Below, piece after piece: positions 16,823-32,350 of a stretch of 58,618 bases of DNA; positions within the stretch are counted from its first letter, which is position 1; every line of letters starts with the position of its first letter. The DNA comes from Candidatus Finniella inopinata. GTDB taxonomy: Bacteria > Pseudomonadota > Alphaproteobacteria > Paracaedibacterales > VGCI01. The DNA is taken from NCBI GenBank assembly GCA_945877185.1, contig CAMCRD010000002.1, positions 1-58,618 of the forward strand, written 5' to 3'. The notes under the pieces are model-generated. The model saw only the letters and a program-made list of their open reading frames with translations, did no database searches and was not told where the DNA came from. The translations under genes and the position numbers were made by a program.

Positions 16823-18964
16823 TTATCCAGCGACTTGATTTACCAAACGTTCAAATTCATCTTGTGTTTCGACGTTGGGGATAGGAGCGGGAGCGATGGG
16901 CCCATAGTCGGAAATTTCGTCAAAATCTTCGAGAGTACCGCGCCTGTTATCTTCGATTTCATCAGACCTTTCAATGACTAATTCTCCGGCAGGTTTTCCT
17001 GCTTCACCATAAACCGATTTCATAAAAGCGGCCCAAACACGGGTTGGTAAACGTCCTCCCGTTGATTTTTTCGCCATGGGCTTATTGTTGTCATTTCCGG
17101 TCCACACACCCGCCACAAGGTCGGGTGTGTATCCCACAAACCAGGCATCAATATCGCCATTACTACCTGTTTTTCCGGCTACCGGAAAGGACATTTTAGC
17201 CGCACGGCCTGTTCCATTATTAATGACGCTTGTGAGCATATTATTCATTTGCTTTACATATTTGGTGTCAACAACAGGGCTGCCAGCCTCATTTTCGCGT
17301 TGATAAAGAACGGTGCCAGACTTATCTTTAATCGCCAGAATGCCATAGGGCCAAACACTTACCCCGTTGTTTGCAAATGTTCCAATAGCGGCTGTGAGAT
17401 CCAGAAGGGAGAGCTCTGTTGTACCAAGGGCCATGCTGAGGTCAGTCACAATCCTACCATTAACGCCTAAACGACGAGCAACCTCAGCAACGCGTTTTGT
17501 TCCAATTTGTTGGGTAATACGGACAGTACATGAGTTAATGGATTTGGTCAGGGCTTCTTGAAGACTATAGTCCTCACCTTCCAAGTACCTATATTGATGT
17601 TTGCCAAAGTTTTTCGGTGTCCAGTTTCCAACGGTAACAGGTTCATCGGATACGCGGGTTTCGGGGCTCATCCCATATTCTAGCGCTGCTAAATACACAA
17701 AAGGTTTCCAGGCTGAACCAGCTTGCCTCAAGGCTTGTGTTGCGCGGTTGAATTGGCTTCCCTGATAACTTTTTCCCCCAACCATGGCCCGAACGGCCCC
17801 ATTGGGTGTCATAGCAACCATAGCGATCTCGCTGGTTTTTAACTCTTTGCCCATGTCTTCCAATAAATTAAGGGCGGCGTCTTCAGCCTTTTTTTGCATG
17901 GACAAATCAAGGGTGGTTACAACCACCAAGTCCTTATCAGAAATCGTTACATAGTTAGAGATAGAATCATAAACCCAGTCCGCGAAGAATTGATGCCCAT
18001 TTCCTCTCGTTGATGTTTCGGCTTGTTGGGCGGCATCACCTTGACGTAAATACTCGTCGGCAGAGCGGATGTAGCCAGCCTCTTGCATTTGGTCAAGGAC
18101 AACCTTAGCACGTGCCCTTGAGCGTTCCGGATGAGCGGTTGGAGAATATCTGGAAGGAGCTTTGAGCAATCCTGCAATGACGGCGGCTTCATAAACAGAA
18201 ATTTGGCGAGCGGATTTTTTGAAGTATTTATGGGCAGCCGCATCCACACCATAAGTGCCGGCCCCAAAATAGACACGATTCAGATAAATGGTCATAATCT
18301 GATCTTTTGTAAAGTGCCATTCTAACCATATGGCCATAATAGCTTCTTGAATTTTCCGCCGTAAAGAACGGTCATTATGACCATAAAGGCCTTGTGTCAT
18401 AAGGAAGTTTTTAGCCAACTGTTGTGTGATGGTTGACCCGCCTTGGACAACACGATCAGCTCGATAGTTGGTATAAGCTGCTCGAACAAGGCCAATGAGA
18501 TCAACACCAAAGTGGCTATAAAAGCGGCGGTCCTCAATTGCCATGAGGGCTTGGGGAATGTAGGGAGAAAGTTCTTGAACACGGATCATATCTTCATACA
18601 AGTCCCCATACGTTCCAATAACGGTTCCATCTTGGGTGACAACGGTGACGCTAGGACGCCGGGCAGTTGATTGAAGGCGGCTGATATCTGGTAAGTCATA
18701 ACTGAACCAAAGGATGCCCATTCCTCCTAAACACATGACCCAAATAGCCATGGTTAAGAATAAGCGAAAAATAACCCATTTTATAGAAAGCCGACGTCGT
18801 CTTCTCGTAGGGGGTTTACTTCCGCCGCTCCTACGACTTCCCCTACCGGCGCTGGCTTTACGTTTTGGTATTGATTTGCGAGGGGCAGACGAACGCGAAC
18901 CCCCCTCTCCCCAGGATAAGGTGGGGCGTTCAAAACCAAATAACTTAGGGGGTTGCTTTGCCAC
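16823..18964 (-). CDS. mrcA: Penicillin-binding protein 1A (bifunctional glycosyltransferase/transpeptidase)
   Basis: GT51 motifs EDRRFYSHFGVD and GGSTITQQLAKN. Transpeptidase motifs SAWKPF, SxN and KTG (AGKTGS). Basic N-terminal tail plus one TM. Confidence 0.92.
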   Translation of the reverse strand: MAKQPPKLFGFERPTLSWGEGGSRSSAPRKSIPKRKASAGRGSRRSGGSKPPTRRRRRLSIKWVIFRLFLTMAIWVMCLGGMGILWFSYDLPDISRLQSTARRPSVTVVTQDGTVIGTYGDLYEDMIRVQELSPYIPQALMAIEDRRFYSHFGVDLIGLVRAAYTNYRADRVVQGGSTITQQLAKNFLMTQGLYGHNDRSLRRKIQEAIMAIWLEWHFTKDQIMTIYLNRVYFGAGTYGVDAAAHKYFKKSARQISVYEAAVIAGLLKAPSRYSPTAHPERSRARAKVVLDQMQEAGYIRSADEYLRQGDAAQQAETSTRGNGHQFFADWVYDSISNYVTISDKDLVVVTTLDLSMQKKAEDAALNLLEDMGKELKTSEIAMVAMTPNGAVRAMVGGKSYQGSQFNRATQALRQAGSAWKPFVYLAALEYGMSPETRVSDEPVTVGNWTPKNFGKHQYRYLEGEDYSLQEALTKSINSCTVRITQQIGTKRVAEVARRLGVNGRIVTDLSMALGTTELSLLDLTAAIGTFANNGVSVWPYGILAIKDKSGTVLYQRENEAGSPVVDTKYVKQMNNMLTSVINNGTGRAAKMSFPVAGKTGSNGDIDAWFVGYTPDLVAGVWTGNDNNKPMAKKSTGGRLPTRVWAAFMKSVYGEAGKPAGELVIERSDEIEDNRRGTLEDFDEISDYGPIAPAPIPNVETQDEFERLVNQVAG

Positions 18965-19027
18965 AATTTACCTTAACGTAAAATTCTTTAATATTATTGT
19001 ATTGTAACAATTTTATTTTATATAACA

Positions 19028-22752
<3,725 letters not shown>

Positions 22753-22831
22753 TTAATCCTGATCCCTGTATTCTGTATTTCCCTGCATACGACTCGTTAC
22801 TTTTTAACTTATTGAAAAAACAAAAAATCCC

Positions 22832-22941
22832 GTCATTGCGAGGAGCGTAGCGACGCGGCAATCCATGTATTTAAGGCAGCAATTTCGCCTTTTCATACAT
22901 GAATACAGGGTTTGCCGCGTCGCTACGCTCCTCGCAATGAC
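22832..22941. repeat. Palindromic MITE-like element, copy 1 (between recF and dnaN)
   Basis: The 30-bp inverted arms gtcattgcgaggagcgtagcgacgcggcaa / ttgccgcgtcgctacgctcctcgcaatgac are perfect complements of each other. The same arm family occurs at 42554 and 54857. Confidence 0.85.
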
Positions 22942-22962
22942 AAAATATGGCAAACAACAGGG

Positions 22963-24084
22963 TTACACCCGCATCGGCATGAGAACGTAAGTTGCCTCTT
23001 TATCAAGCATCCCTTTAATAATTGCAGGCGCATCTCCATTGGCCAGGACCACTTGGGCTTCATCCTCATCAATTTGCTGGGCAATATCTAATAAATAGCG
23101 TGCATTGAAGCCAATTTCGATCGGAGCGTCATGGGGAAAGTCGACAGTTATTTCTTCCACAGCATCTCCTAGATCGTGGCTTGCTGCAGATAATGTGAGC
23201 ATATTATTGTGTAAGTTAACCTTGATAGAGCGAATCTTATCATTGGAAACCGTTGCGACGCGATCTACAGCTGCAGCAAAGGCTTTTGCGTCAATGATTG
23301 CTATTTTATCATTGCCAATGGGAATCGCTTTTTCATATTCCGGATAAGTCGCATCAATAAGTCGAGAGCTTAGAACAGCATTCTCAAAAGCAAATTCAAT
23401 GCGGGTTGGAGAAAGCGCTATGGTGACTTCCGAGGTTGTGTCGTCAACAAGCTTGCGAACTTCCGTAATCGTTTTGCGCCCGATGATAATTCCCGGCATA
23501 TCTTCGGCCCCTTGGGGTAGGGGAACTTCAATATAGGCGAGGCGGTGGGCATCTGTTGCAACAGAACGCAAGATCTTTTGTCCGTCACGTTCCATTGTAT
23601 GAAGGTGGATGCCATTTAAATAATAACGCGTTTCTTCCGTGGACATGGCGAATTTTGCCCGATCGAGCAGCTTTTTAAATACCCCTATGGGCAATGTAAA
23701 ATGGTAAGGGAGCTCTCCTTGCGTCAGCTGCGGGAAATCTTCAGCCGATAGGCAAGAAAGGTTAAAGCGGAACCGTCCTCCTTTTAAGTTGAGTTGGCCT
23801 GTTTCGGGGAGAAGAGCTAATTCAACAGTTGATCCTTCAGGGAGCTTTCGGACGATGTCAAATAGCATTTGAGCTGATACGGTTGTTGCGCCGGGTTCCG
23901 TCACCGTTGCAGGAACGGTTTCGATAAGGGCTAAATCCGTATCTGTTGTAATCATGCTTAAGCCCATTGGCGTTGCATTTAAAAGGACATTGCTTAAGAT
24001 AGGAACGGTTGTTCGGCGTTCAACAACGCTTTGACCATGGGACAGGGCCTTCAGAAAAACAGACCGATCGATTGTAAACTTCAT
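22963..24084 (-). CDS. dnaN: DNA polymerase III beta sliding clamp
   Basis: Full-length (373 aa) clamp-like sequence, MKFTIDRSVFLKAL...LMPMRV, located between dnaA and recF. Confidence 0.95.
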   Translation of the reverse strand: MKFTIDRSVFLKALSHGQSVVERRTTVPILSNVLLNATPMGLSMITTDTDLALIETVPATVTEPGATTVSAQMLFDIVRKLPEGSTVELALLPETGQLNLKGGRFRFNLSCLSAEDFPQLTQGELPYHFTLPIGVFKKLLDRAKFAMSTEETRYYLNGIHLHTMERDGQKILRSVATDAHRLAYIEVPLPQGAEDMPGIIIGRKTITEVRKLVDDTTSEVTIALSPTRIEFAFENAVLSSRLIDATYPEYEKAIPIGNDKIAIIDAKAFAAAVDRVATVSNDKIRSIKVNLHNNMLTLSAASHDLGDAVEEITVDFPHDAPIEIGFNARYLLDIAQQIDEDEAQVVLANGDAPAIIKGMLDKEATYVLMPMRV

Positions 24085-24089
24085 GACTT

Positions 24090-25508
24090 TTATACCTCCA
24101 ACGTTCTACGTAAAATATCGAGATCTTCTGAAAATTCTCGATCTTGGGCTTTGACTTCTTGGACTTTTCGAACAGCATGTAAGACGGTTGTGTGATCACG
24201 CCCCCCAAATTTACGACCAATTTCTGGCAAAGATCGAGAAGTTAGGGTTTTTGCCAGGTACATGGCCACTTGACGGGGGCGTGCAACGTTTTGGGATCGC
24301 CTCGCAGATTGCATGTCAGAAATCTTAATACCATAATATTCGGCAACGCGCTTTTGAATATCCTCAATGGTGACGCGTCGGTCATTGGATTTTAAGAGAT
24401 CCCGCAAGACTTCATGGGTTGTCTCAAGGGTAATTTCCCGTCCAACAAGTGTGGCGTGGGCAATGATGCGGTTCAAGGCCCCTTCCAATTCCCGGATGTT
24501 GGAGGTAATCTTGCACGCCAGAAACTCCATGACGTCCTTTGGGATTGGAATATTTAAAGTATCCGCCTTGGCGTGCAAAATCCCCAAACGTAATTCATAG
24601 GTTGAGGGATGGATGTCGGCGACAAGGCCCCACCCGAGACGAGATTTCAGCCGTTCTTCCATCCCTTCTAAATCTGAGGGGGATTTATCTGCTGAAATAA
24701 TAATCTGATGGTTCTGATCAACCAGAGCATTGAACGTATGAAAAAATTCTTCTTGGGTCGTTTCTTTGCCGCTAATGAATTGAACGTCATCAATCATTAA
24801 GACGTCGACGGAGCGAAATTGCTCTTTAAAAGCAACGGTGTCTTTGTAGCGTAAAGCCCGGATAAACTGGTACATGAACTTTTCTGCAGATAGATAGATG
24901 ACGCGCCGTTTGGGATGATAGGTCTTAATATGCCAAGCGATGGCATGCATCAAGTGGCTTTTGCCTAAACCCACCCCCCCATAGAGAAACAAGGGATTAA
25001 ATTGGGCCTTTTGAGATTCTGCAACCCGTAAGGCGGCGGCATAAGCTAATTCGTTCGGTTTTCCAACCACAAAGTTATCAAATGTGAACCGGGGATCAAG
25101 GGCAGCACCAATCACATCACGGTCAATGCTCATTGGCTCTTCACGAGAAGGGGGGGCTTCACCGAAGATCGGCTGGCTATCCGATTTTTGAGAAGGGATA
25201 GGCGCCAGGGCCGATGTTTCTAATTGAACAACGACCTCTATCGTCGTAATGGTGGGATTTATCCCCTGCCAGAGTACCCGGATGCGATCTGCATAATGGG
25301 AAACCACCCAATCCCGCATAAAACGGGTTGGCGCTGCCAGGCGGACGGTTCCCCCGATGATTTCCGTAACAAATAAAGCTTTAAGCCAACTTTTAAAGAC
25401 AGCCTCGCCAAATTCCTCCCGCAACTGCTCACGTACCTGTTCCCATTGAAGGATTGTTTGGGCGGTTTCATCGTGGGTTGCAGGTTCTGTCATTGCCAAT
25501 GCGGTCAC
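24090..25508 (-). CDS. dnaA: Chromosomal replication initiator DnaA
   Basis: AAA+ Walker A GGVGLGKSHL, box VII and sensor motifs, and the C-terminal DNA-binding helix GGRDHTTVLHA. Confidence 0.97.
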   Translation of the reverse strand: MTALAMTEPATHDETAQTILQWEQVREQLREEFGEAVFKSWLKALFVTEIIGGTVRLAAPTRFMRDWVVSHYADRIRVLWQGINPTITTIEVVVQLETSALAPIPSQKSDSQPIFGEAPPSREEPMSIDRDVIGAALDPRFTFDNFVVGKPNELAYAAALRVAESQKAQFNPLFLYGGVGLGKSHLMHAIAWHIKTYHPKRRVIYLSAEKFMYQFIRALRYKDTVAFKEQFRSVDVLMIDDVQFISGKETTQEEFFHTFNALVDQNHQIIISADKSPSDLEGMEERLKSRLGWGLVADIHPSTYELRLGILHAKADTLNIPIPKDVMEFLACKITSNIRELEGALNRIIAHATLVGREITLETTHEVLRDLLKSNDRRVTIEDIQKRVAEYYGIKISDMQSARRSQNVARPRQVAMYLAKTLTSRSLPEIGRKFGGRDHTTVLHAVRKVQEVKAQDREFSEDLDILRRTLEV

Positions 25509-25861
25509 AAGGGTTCCTTAATCTCTAAAATGAAAATCGATTCACGAAGAAAGCTGCTAAAAAAAGAGAAGAACACTTCCCTTTATAATATACCAGCTTA
25601 TTTTTACCTGATCTGTCACTTAAAACCAATGAGAAAAGTGACCTTTCAAAAAAACAAATGGAAATGCTAAGGCTAGCGCTTTAAATTTGAAATCCTCTGA
25701 CAAAACTTTTTAAAATATAATTAAAATTACCCTTATTTTCCAACGCGCTTCAAAAAATGAACCCAAAGAGTGATGCAGAGCATGGATTTTTTGCGTGAAA
25801 TCTGTACAAACAGAAGGTAAAGTCGAAAAAAGAAAATGGCAAACCAACCTGGGATTCATCA

Positions 25862-26719
25862 ATGCTGGTAAAATTTTCACCGAATCGGCTTTTCATAGCG
25901 GTTAGTTTTTTTATGGTTGTTTATGTTTTTCCCCTAAAGGCGGATACTGTGAGCGAAGCATTGCCGATGTCCCAAAGCCATTCAGGACAAAAGGAAGCGT
26001 CACCATCTGCCCCCTCTGCCGAAGAACCCTCCATGGATGAAGGGTCAAATGACCCTTTAGAACCCCTCAATCGGCTGATATTTGGCATTAATGATGTCTT
26101 GGATCTTATCATTCTTCGTCCTGTTGCGGAAATTTATCGAGCCATCGTGCCCGATCCGGTTCGGAATGGGGTTACGAATGTTCTTGATAATCTATTTGCG
26201 CCCGTTGTCTTTTTAAACCATGTGCTTCAGGGGCAGCCTGAGCATGCGACAGCGACTTTATTCCGGTTTTTGATGAATTCTACCTTTGGTATGGCTGGGC
26301 TTGTCGACGTCACCTCAGACATGGGCTATCCACGCTACGATACAGACTTCAATCAAACCTTAACGGCGTGGGGCGTAGATACGGGCCCGTACCTGGTATT
26401 GCCCCTGATTGGGCCATCCTCATTCCGGGGCGCGACCGGCTTCGTGGGTGATTACTTTGCAGACCCCCTTAATATGTACCTAAACAATCGTCATCATCGT
26501 AAGTATCATTACTGGTTGACCGTTCGTTATGGATTCGATATGGTTAGCCATCGAGAGAAGGTTATAGAGACTATTGATAATTTAAGAAACGGCTCTCTCG
26601 ATATGTATGTTACAATGCGTAGCATTTATTTCCAACGACAAGCCTATATGGCTGAAAAATTAAAATCAGAAAATACTCCAGAAGTATCTAAAGAGGAGGA
26701 TAAAGCAAACACTTCATAA
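25862..26719 (+). CDS. mlaA: MlaA/VacJ family outer-membrane lipid asymmetry protein
   Basis: The conserved block DPLEPLNRLIFGINDVLDLIILRPVAEIYRAIVP...VTNVLDNLFAPVVFLNHVLQG is typical of MlaA/VacJ. Confidence 0.85.
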   Translation: MLVKFSPNRLFIAVSFFMVVYVFPLKADTVSEALPMSQSHSGQKEASPSAPSAEEPSMDEGSNDPLEPLNRLIFGINDVLDLIILRPVAEIYRAIVPDPVRNGVTNVLDNLFAPVVFLNHVLQGQPEHATATLFRFLMNSTFGMAGLVDVTSDMGYPRYDTDFNQTLTAWGVDTGPYLVLPLIGPSSFRGATGFVGDYFADPLNMYLNNRHHRKYHYWLTVRYGFDMVSHREKVIETIDNLRNGSLDMYVTMRSIYFQRQAYMAEKLKSENTPEVSKEEDKANTS

Positions 26720-26786
26720 CTGTTTGTTAATCTCTTCCTCGTATACTTAATACTTAGGGATTATTTTGATTAAGAACGAGGAACCT

Positions 26787-27350
26787 ATGTTAAAGAGATT
26801 TTTTTATTTTTTGGTGATTGTTTTATTTGTAAGTCAAATTGCCCCTTCACAAGCGACAGACACCGCAAAAAGTTTTATCGAGGATTTAGGCCGTCGGGCT
26901 ATTGAATCGCTGACAACGCCAGGCGCTTCTCAAAGCCAGTTGGAAGCCAATTTTCAGTCTCTTCTGGAAGAGGGATTCGATGTCCAAGCTATTGGACAAT
27001 TCGTGATGGGACGTTACTGGAATCGCATGAGTCCTGACCAGCAAGCTCGATTTATTCCTCTTTTTGAACGCCGGCTTAAGACATCTTACGCAAACCGCTT
27101 TCAAGAATATCGTGGTGTTGCCTTTAATGTCAAAAGCGCTCGCAAGAGCGGTAGTTATATTATCGTGTCCAGTACAATTCAGAAGCCAGGAGGCCCTTTA
27201 ACTCCTGTTGATTGGAATGTGCAGGATGGAAAGATCCAGGATGTAAAGGTTGAAGGTGTGAGCATGAGCATCACCATTCGGGATGAATATAGCGCACTTG
27301 TGCAGTCCAATAATGGAGACATTGAAAAATTCTTGGACATTCTTGGATAA
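26787..27350 (+). CDS. mlaC: MlaC/Ttg2D family phospholipid-binding periplasmic protein
   Basis: The block FDVQAIGQFVMGRYWNRMSPDQQARFIPLFERRLKTSYANRF matches the MlaC family. The ORF-track start at 26766 is TTG. I prefer the ATG at 26787, with gaggaa upstream and a signal peptide MLKRFFYFLVIVLFVSQIAPSQA. Confidence 0.8.
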   Translation: MLKRFFYFLVIVLFVSQIAPSQATDTAKSFIEDLGRRAIESLTTPGASQSQLEANFQSLLEEGFDVQAIGQFVMGRYWNRMSPDQQARFIPLFERRLKTSYANRFQEYRGVAFNVKSARKSGSYIIVSSTIQKPGGPLTPVDWNVQDGKIQDVKVEGVSMSITIRDEYSALVQSNNGDIEKFLDILG

Positions 27351-27535
27351 TCTTCTGGCAGTAAACTCGGGAGAGGCTCTTTCCCCACAAGCTGATGCAG
27401 AAATGATAAAAATAATCTTGTAGAAATTTACCTCAAGACGCGCCAATATAAGGGACAGAACACCAAAACTGTGCGGTAATGACTTTAACAAACAAGGTGA
27501 AATACTGCCCAAATATTAAGGTTGATTCGGTTGCT

Positions 27536-28102
27536 ATGAAAATTGCGCTCACCTCAGGAATTTTGACTTCTCTGCCCGGCCGGTATGCAAAAGCTCTGTT
27601 TGACTTGGCTCAAGAAAAACACCAAGTGCAAAGGGTTGGGTCTGCTTTGCGTGCACTAAAGAACCTCATCCAGACGTCAAAAATTCTCAACCAAGCTTTG
27701 GCTAATCCGACAATTTCTCGAGAAGAGCAAGAGGCAGCTTTAACTGAAATTTGTGTACAGATGAAGGCGCCTGAGGTATTTCAATCTTTTGTTAGAAAAT
27801 TGGTCAAAGCGCGGAGAATCCCTTATTTATCTCAAATCGAGGCAATCTATCAAAGTTTGGTTTCTCAAGAAAAAAAGGAGCAGGTGATCGAGGTTATCTC
27901 CGCTCATCCTTTGACAACTTCTCAAAGTAATTTGCTAAAAGGTAAATTCAAAAAGGCTTTTCCAGGCATCATATCTCTCGTTTTTGTGAATGATCCAAAG
28001 ATATTGGGAGGAATTATGGTTCGTATAGGATCTCGTGTTATTGATGCGACGTTGGTCACACAACTTAATAAATTAGCTACGGTGATGAAAGGAACAGCTT
28101 AA
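27536..28102 (+). CDS. atpH: F1 ATP synthase subunit delta (OSCP)
   Basis: The block [13 protein letters not shown] and a C-terminal [18 protein letters not shown] are typical of delta. The start is set at the internal ATG 27536. The stop overlaps the atpA start (taATG). Confidence 0.85.
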   Translation: MKIALTSGILTSLPGRYAKALFDLAQEKHQVQRVGSALRALKNLIQTSKILNQALANPTISREEQEAALTEICVQMKAPEVFQSFVRKLVKARRIPYLSQIEAIYQSLVSQEKKEQVIEVISAHPLTTSQSNLLKGKFKKAFPGIISLVFVNDPKILGGIMVRIGSRVIDATLVTQLNKLATVMKGTA

Positions 28103-29637
28103 TGGTACTGAGGGCTGCGGAAATCTCCGCTATTTTAAAGAAAAAAATTCGTGATTTTGAGCCAGAAGCTGATATTGCGGAAAGTGGGACGGTTGTTTCT
28201 GTTGGAGATGGGATTGCCCGAGTCCATGGTTTAGAGAATATCCAAGCTGGAGAATTGGTGGTCTTTTCCAACAATGTTAAAGGGATGGCCCTTAATTTGG
28301 GGGCAGATAATGTTGGTGTCGTCATCTTTGGGAATGATCAGGATATTAAAGAAGGTGACCAAGTTAAACGAACGCAAGAAATTGTCAATGTCCCCGTCGG
28401 TAAAGGTCTTTTAGGACGCGTCGTCGATGGATTGGGAAACCCGATAGATGGAAGAAGTTCCCTCAAGGATGTCACCCAGTCTCAAGTTGAGGTCAAAGCG
28501 CCAGGAATTATTACGCGTCAGTCTGTTTTTGAGCCCATGCAAACAGGCATTAAAGCCATAGATGCCTTAGTTCCCATTGGTCGTGGACAGCGTGAATTGA
28601 TTATCGGGGACCGCCAAACAGGCAAAACGGCAATTGCGTTAGACGCTATTATTAATCAAAAAGGAATTAACCAAGGAAAAGATGAGTCTCAAAAACTCTA
28701 TTGCATTTACGTAGCGATTGGCCAGAAGCGTTCCTCTGTTGCGCGGATTGTTAAAACGTTAGAAGAAAATGGCGCCTTGGACTATACGATCGTCGTTGCG
28801 GCAACAGCATCCGATCCAGCGCCCATGCAATACCTTGCCCCCTATACGGGATGCACGATGGGAGAGTACTTTCGAGATAATGGCATGCATGCGTTGATTA
28901 TCTATGACGATCTGTCTAAGCATGCTGTGGCCTATCGTCAAATGTCTTTGTTATTACGTCGTCCTCCGGGACGCGAAGCTTATCCTGGCGATGTATTCTA
29001 TCTTCATTCTCGATTGTTAGAGCGTGCTGCAAAGTTAGATACACCGTTTGGGGGGGGGTCCTTGACGGCCTTGCCAATTATTGAGACCCAAGCGGGTGAC
29101 GTTTCGGCTTATATCCCGACCAATGTCATCTCGATTACGGATGGTCAAATTTTTCTAGAAACAGAATTGTTTTATAAAGGAATCCGTCCAGCGATTAACG
29201 TTGGTTTATCTGTTAGTCGTGTCGGTTCTGCAGCTCAGAAAAAAGCCATGAGGCAAGTCGCGGGCCGCATTAAGCTTGAATTGGCCCAGTATCGTGAAAT
29301 GGCTGCCTTTTCTCAGTTTAGTTCAGATTTAGATCCTTCTACACAAAGGCTATTAAGCCGAGGGGAGCGATTGACGGAGTTGCTCAAACAACAGCAATAC
29401 AGTCCTTTAAGCATGGAAGAGCAGGTTATCTCGCTCTTTTCGGGAGTTAAAGGATATCTTGATTCAATCCAAGTGAAGGATATTCTGGAGTTTGAGACAG
29501 AATATTTAGAGGTTTTACGGTTAAACCATCCAGAAGTTTTTGAAGATATTCGGAACACAGGTGTTTTGAGTGAGGAGTCTGAAAAGAAGCTGGCTGCATT
29601 TTTGACAAGTTTTTGTGCTTCTTTTTCCGCTCGTTAA
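28102..29637 (+). CDS. atpA: F1 ATP synthase subunit alpha
   Basis: Walker [14 protein letters not shown] and a full-length alpha sequence. Confidence 0.97.
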   Translation: MVLRAAEISAILKKKIRDFEPEADIAESGTVVSVGDGIARVHGLENIQAGELVVFSNNVKGMALNLGADNVGVVIFGNDQDIKEGDQVKRTQEIVNVPVGKGLLGRVVDGLGNPIDGRSSLKDVTQSQVEVKAPGIITRQSVFEPMQTGIKAIDALVPIGRGQRELIIGDRQTGKTAIALDAIINQKGINQGKDESQKLYCIYVAIGQKRSSVARIVKTLEENGALDYTIVVAATASDPAPMQYLAPYTGCTMGEYFRDNGMHALIIYDDLSKHAVAYRQMSLLLRRPPGREAYPGDVFYLHSRLLERAAKLDTPFGGGSLTALPIIETQAGDVSAYIPTNVISITDGQIFLETELFYKGIRPAINVGLSVSRVGSAAQKKAMRQVAGRIKLELAQYREMAAFSQFSSDLDPSTQRLLSRGERLTELLKQQQYSPLSMEEQVISLFSGVKGYLDSIQVKDILEFETEYLEVLRLNHPEVFEDIRNTGVLSEESEKKLAAFLTSFCASFSAR

Positions 29638-29655
29638 GACCAAGTTGAGGATCCT

Positions 29656-30576
29656 ATGGCCAGTCTAAAGCATTTGCGAATCCGCATTCGTACCGTAAAA
29701 TCAACACAGAAAATTACGTCTGCGATGAAGATGGTTGCGGCTGCAAAATTGCGCCGCTCGCAGGAGCGCGTCGAGGCTGTTCGCCCCTATGATAGGGCGA
29801 TGCATGAAATGGTGAGTCACCTCCTTAAAAAAAGTAGGCAAGATTTGGCAAAAGAACCGCTTTTGTTGACAGGTCATGAAGATCTGGGCATCCACTTGTT
29901 GGTGGTGGTTACGACGGATCGTGGTTTATGTGGTGGGTTTAATGGCGCTATTATCCGGGAAGCTAAGTCGGTTATTCGCGCCCTTCAAGGCCAAGGAAAA
30001 GTTGTTAAAATCTTCTGTTTAGGTCGCAAAGGGCAAACGCTTCTTCGCAGCGAATTTGGTGATTTAATTGTTGAGACCATTGTTCATGGGCATAAAACAG
30101 GAACAGGCAAAAGTACGGAGAATTTTTCGGATGCTTTGGATTTCTCAACCAAGCTTCAAGGGATGCTTATCAAAAAAGAATTTGGGGAGGCTTCCATTCT
30201 TTTTACGGTATTTCACTCAGCTTTACGTCAAACCATTGCACACCACTCTCTCATCCCCTTTCATGCGAACTGGGAGAATCCAGATCTTCTCCCTATTGTT
30301 GAACTTGAGTCACACAAGAGCGCCCTTTACGAATATGAGCCGAACGTGGATTCTCTGTTAGATTTTCTATTGCCGCGCTATCTTGCGGTGGAGCTTTATC
30401 GGGTATTTTTAGAAAATAATGCCAGTGAACAAGGGGCGCGCATGACCGCAATGGATAATGCAACGCGCAATGCCCAAGAGATGATAAAGCGTTTAGAGTT
30501 AAGCTATAACCAAACGCGCCAGGCGTATATTACGAAAGAGCTCATCGAGATTATCTCGGGGGCGGAGGCGGTATGA
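29656..30576 (+). CDS. atpG: F1 ATP synthase subunit gamma
   Basis: N-terminal LKHLRIRIRTVKSTQKITSAMKMVAAAKLRR and C-terminal ITKELIEIISGAEA are typical of gamma. Confidence 0.95.
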   Translation: MASLKHLRIRIRTVKSTQKITSAMKMVAAAKLRRSQERVEAVRPYDRAMHEMVSHLLKKSRQDLAKEPLLLTGHEDLGIHLLVVVTTDRGLCGGFNGAIIREAKSVIRALQGQGKVVKIFCLGRKGQTLLRSEFGDLIVETIVHGHKTGTGKSTENFSDALDFSTKLQGMLIKKEFGEASILFTVFHSALRQTIAHHSLIPFHANWENPDLLPIVELESHKSALYEYEPNVDSLLDFLLPRYLAVELYRVFLENNASEQGARMTAMDNATRNAQEMIKRLELSYNQTRQAYITKELIEIISGAEAV

Positions 30577-30644
30577 GGGAGTTTTCTGGTTTTTTTAATG
30601 ATATATTAAAGTAATTTGAAGCGAATTTATAAAAGGGAAAATAG

Positions 30645-32098
<1,454 letters not shown>

Positions 32099-32099
<1 letters not shown>

Positions 32100-32350
32100 T
32101 GCTGCTATCCCTGATTTCTCCGGAAAAAGTTGTGTTTACAGGTGACGTGGAAATGATCGTTATTCCCGGTGCCAAGGGAGATTTTGGGGTTTTAAATCAT
32201 CATGCGCCGTTTATGACGATGTTGCGCCAAGGTGCCGTCACGTTGTATCAAAATGGTAAGCCAGATCAAGTTTTCTCCATTACCGGTGGCTTTTGTGAAG
32301 TCACCCCTGAGGGCTGCGTTGTCCTGGCGGACGGGGTTGAGAATCCTTAA
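32099..32350 (+). CDS. atpC: F1 ATP synthase subunit epsilon, short form (83 aa; N-terminal beta-sandwich only)
   Basis: The sequence LSLISPEKVVFTGDVEMIVIPGAKGDFGVLNHHAPFMTML... is the epsilon N-terminal domain. The start overlaps the atpD stop. The protein ends before the usual C-terminal helical hairpin. Confidence 0.85.

Noticed and set aside
25509-25861. Possible oriC / DnaA-box cluster upstream of dnaA
   Set aside because: I scanned both strands by eye for TTATCCACA-like 9-mers (ccaca / tgtgg cores) and found none. In many alphaproteobacteria oriC is not next to dnaA. The region is AT-rich and probably holds the divergent dnaA and mlaA promoters, but I cannot support an origin call without GC-skew and a DnaA-box scan.
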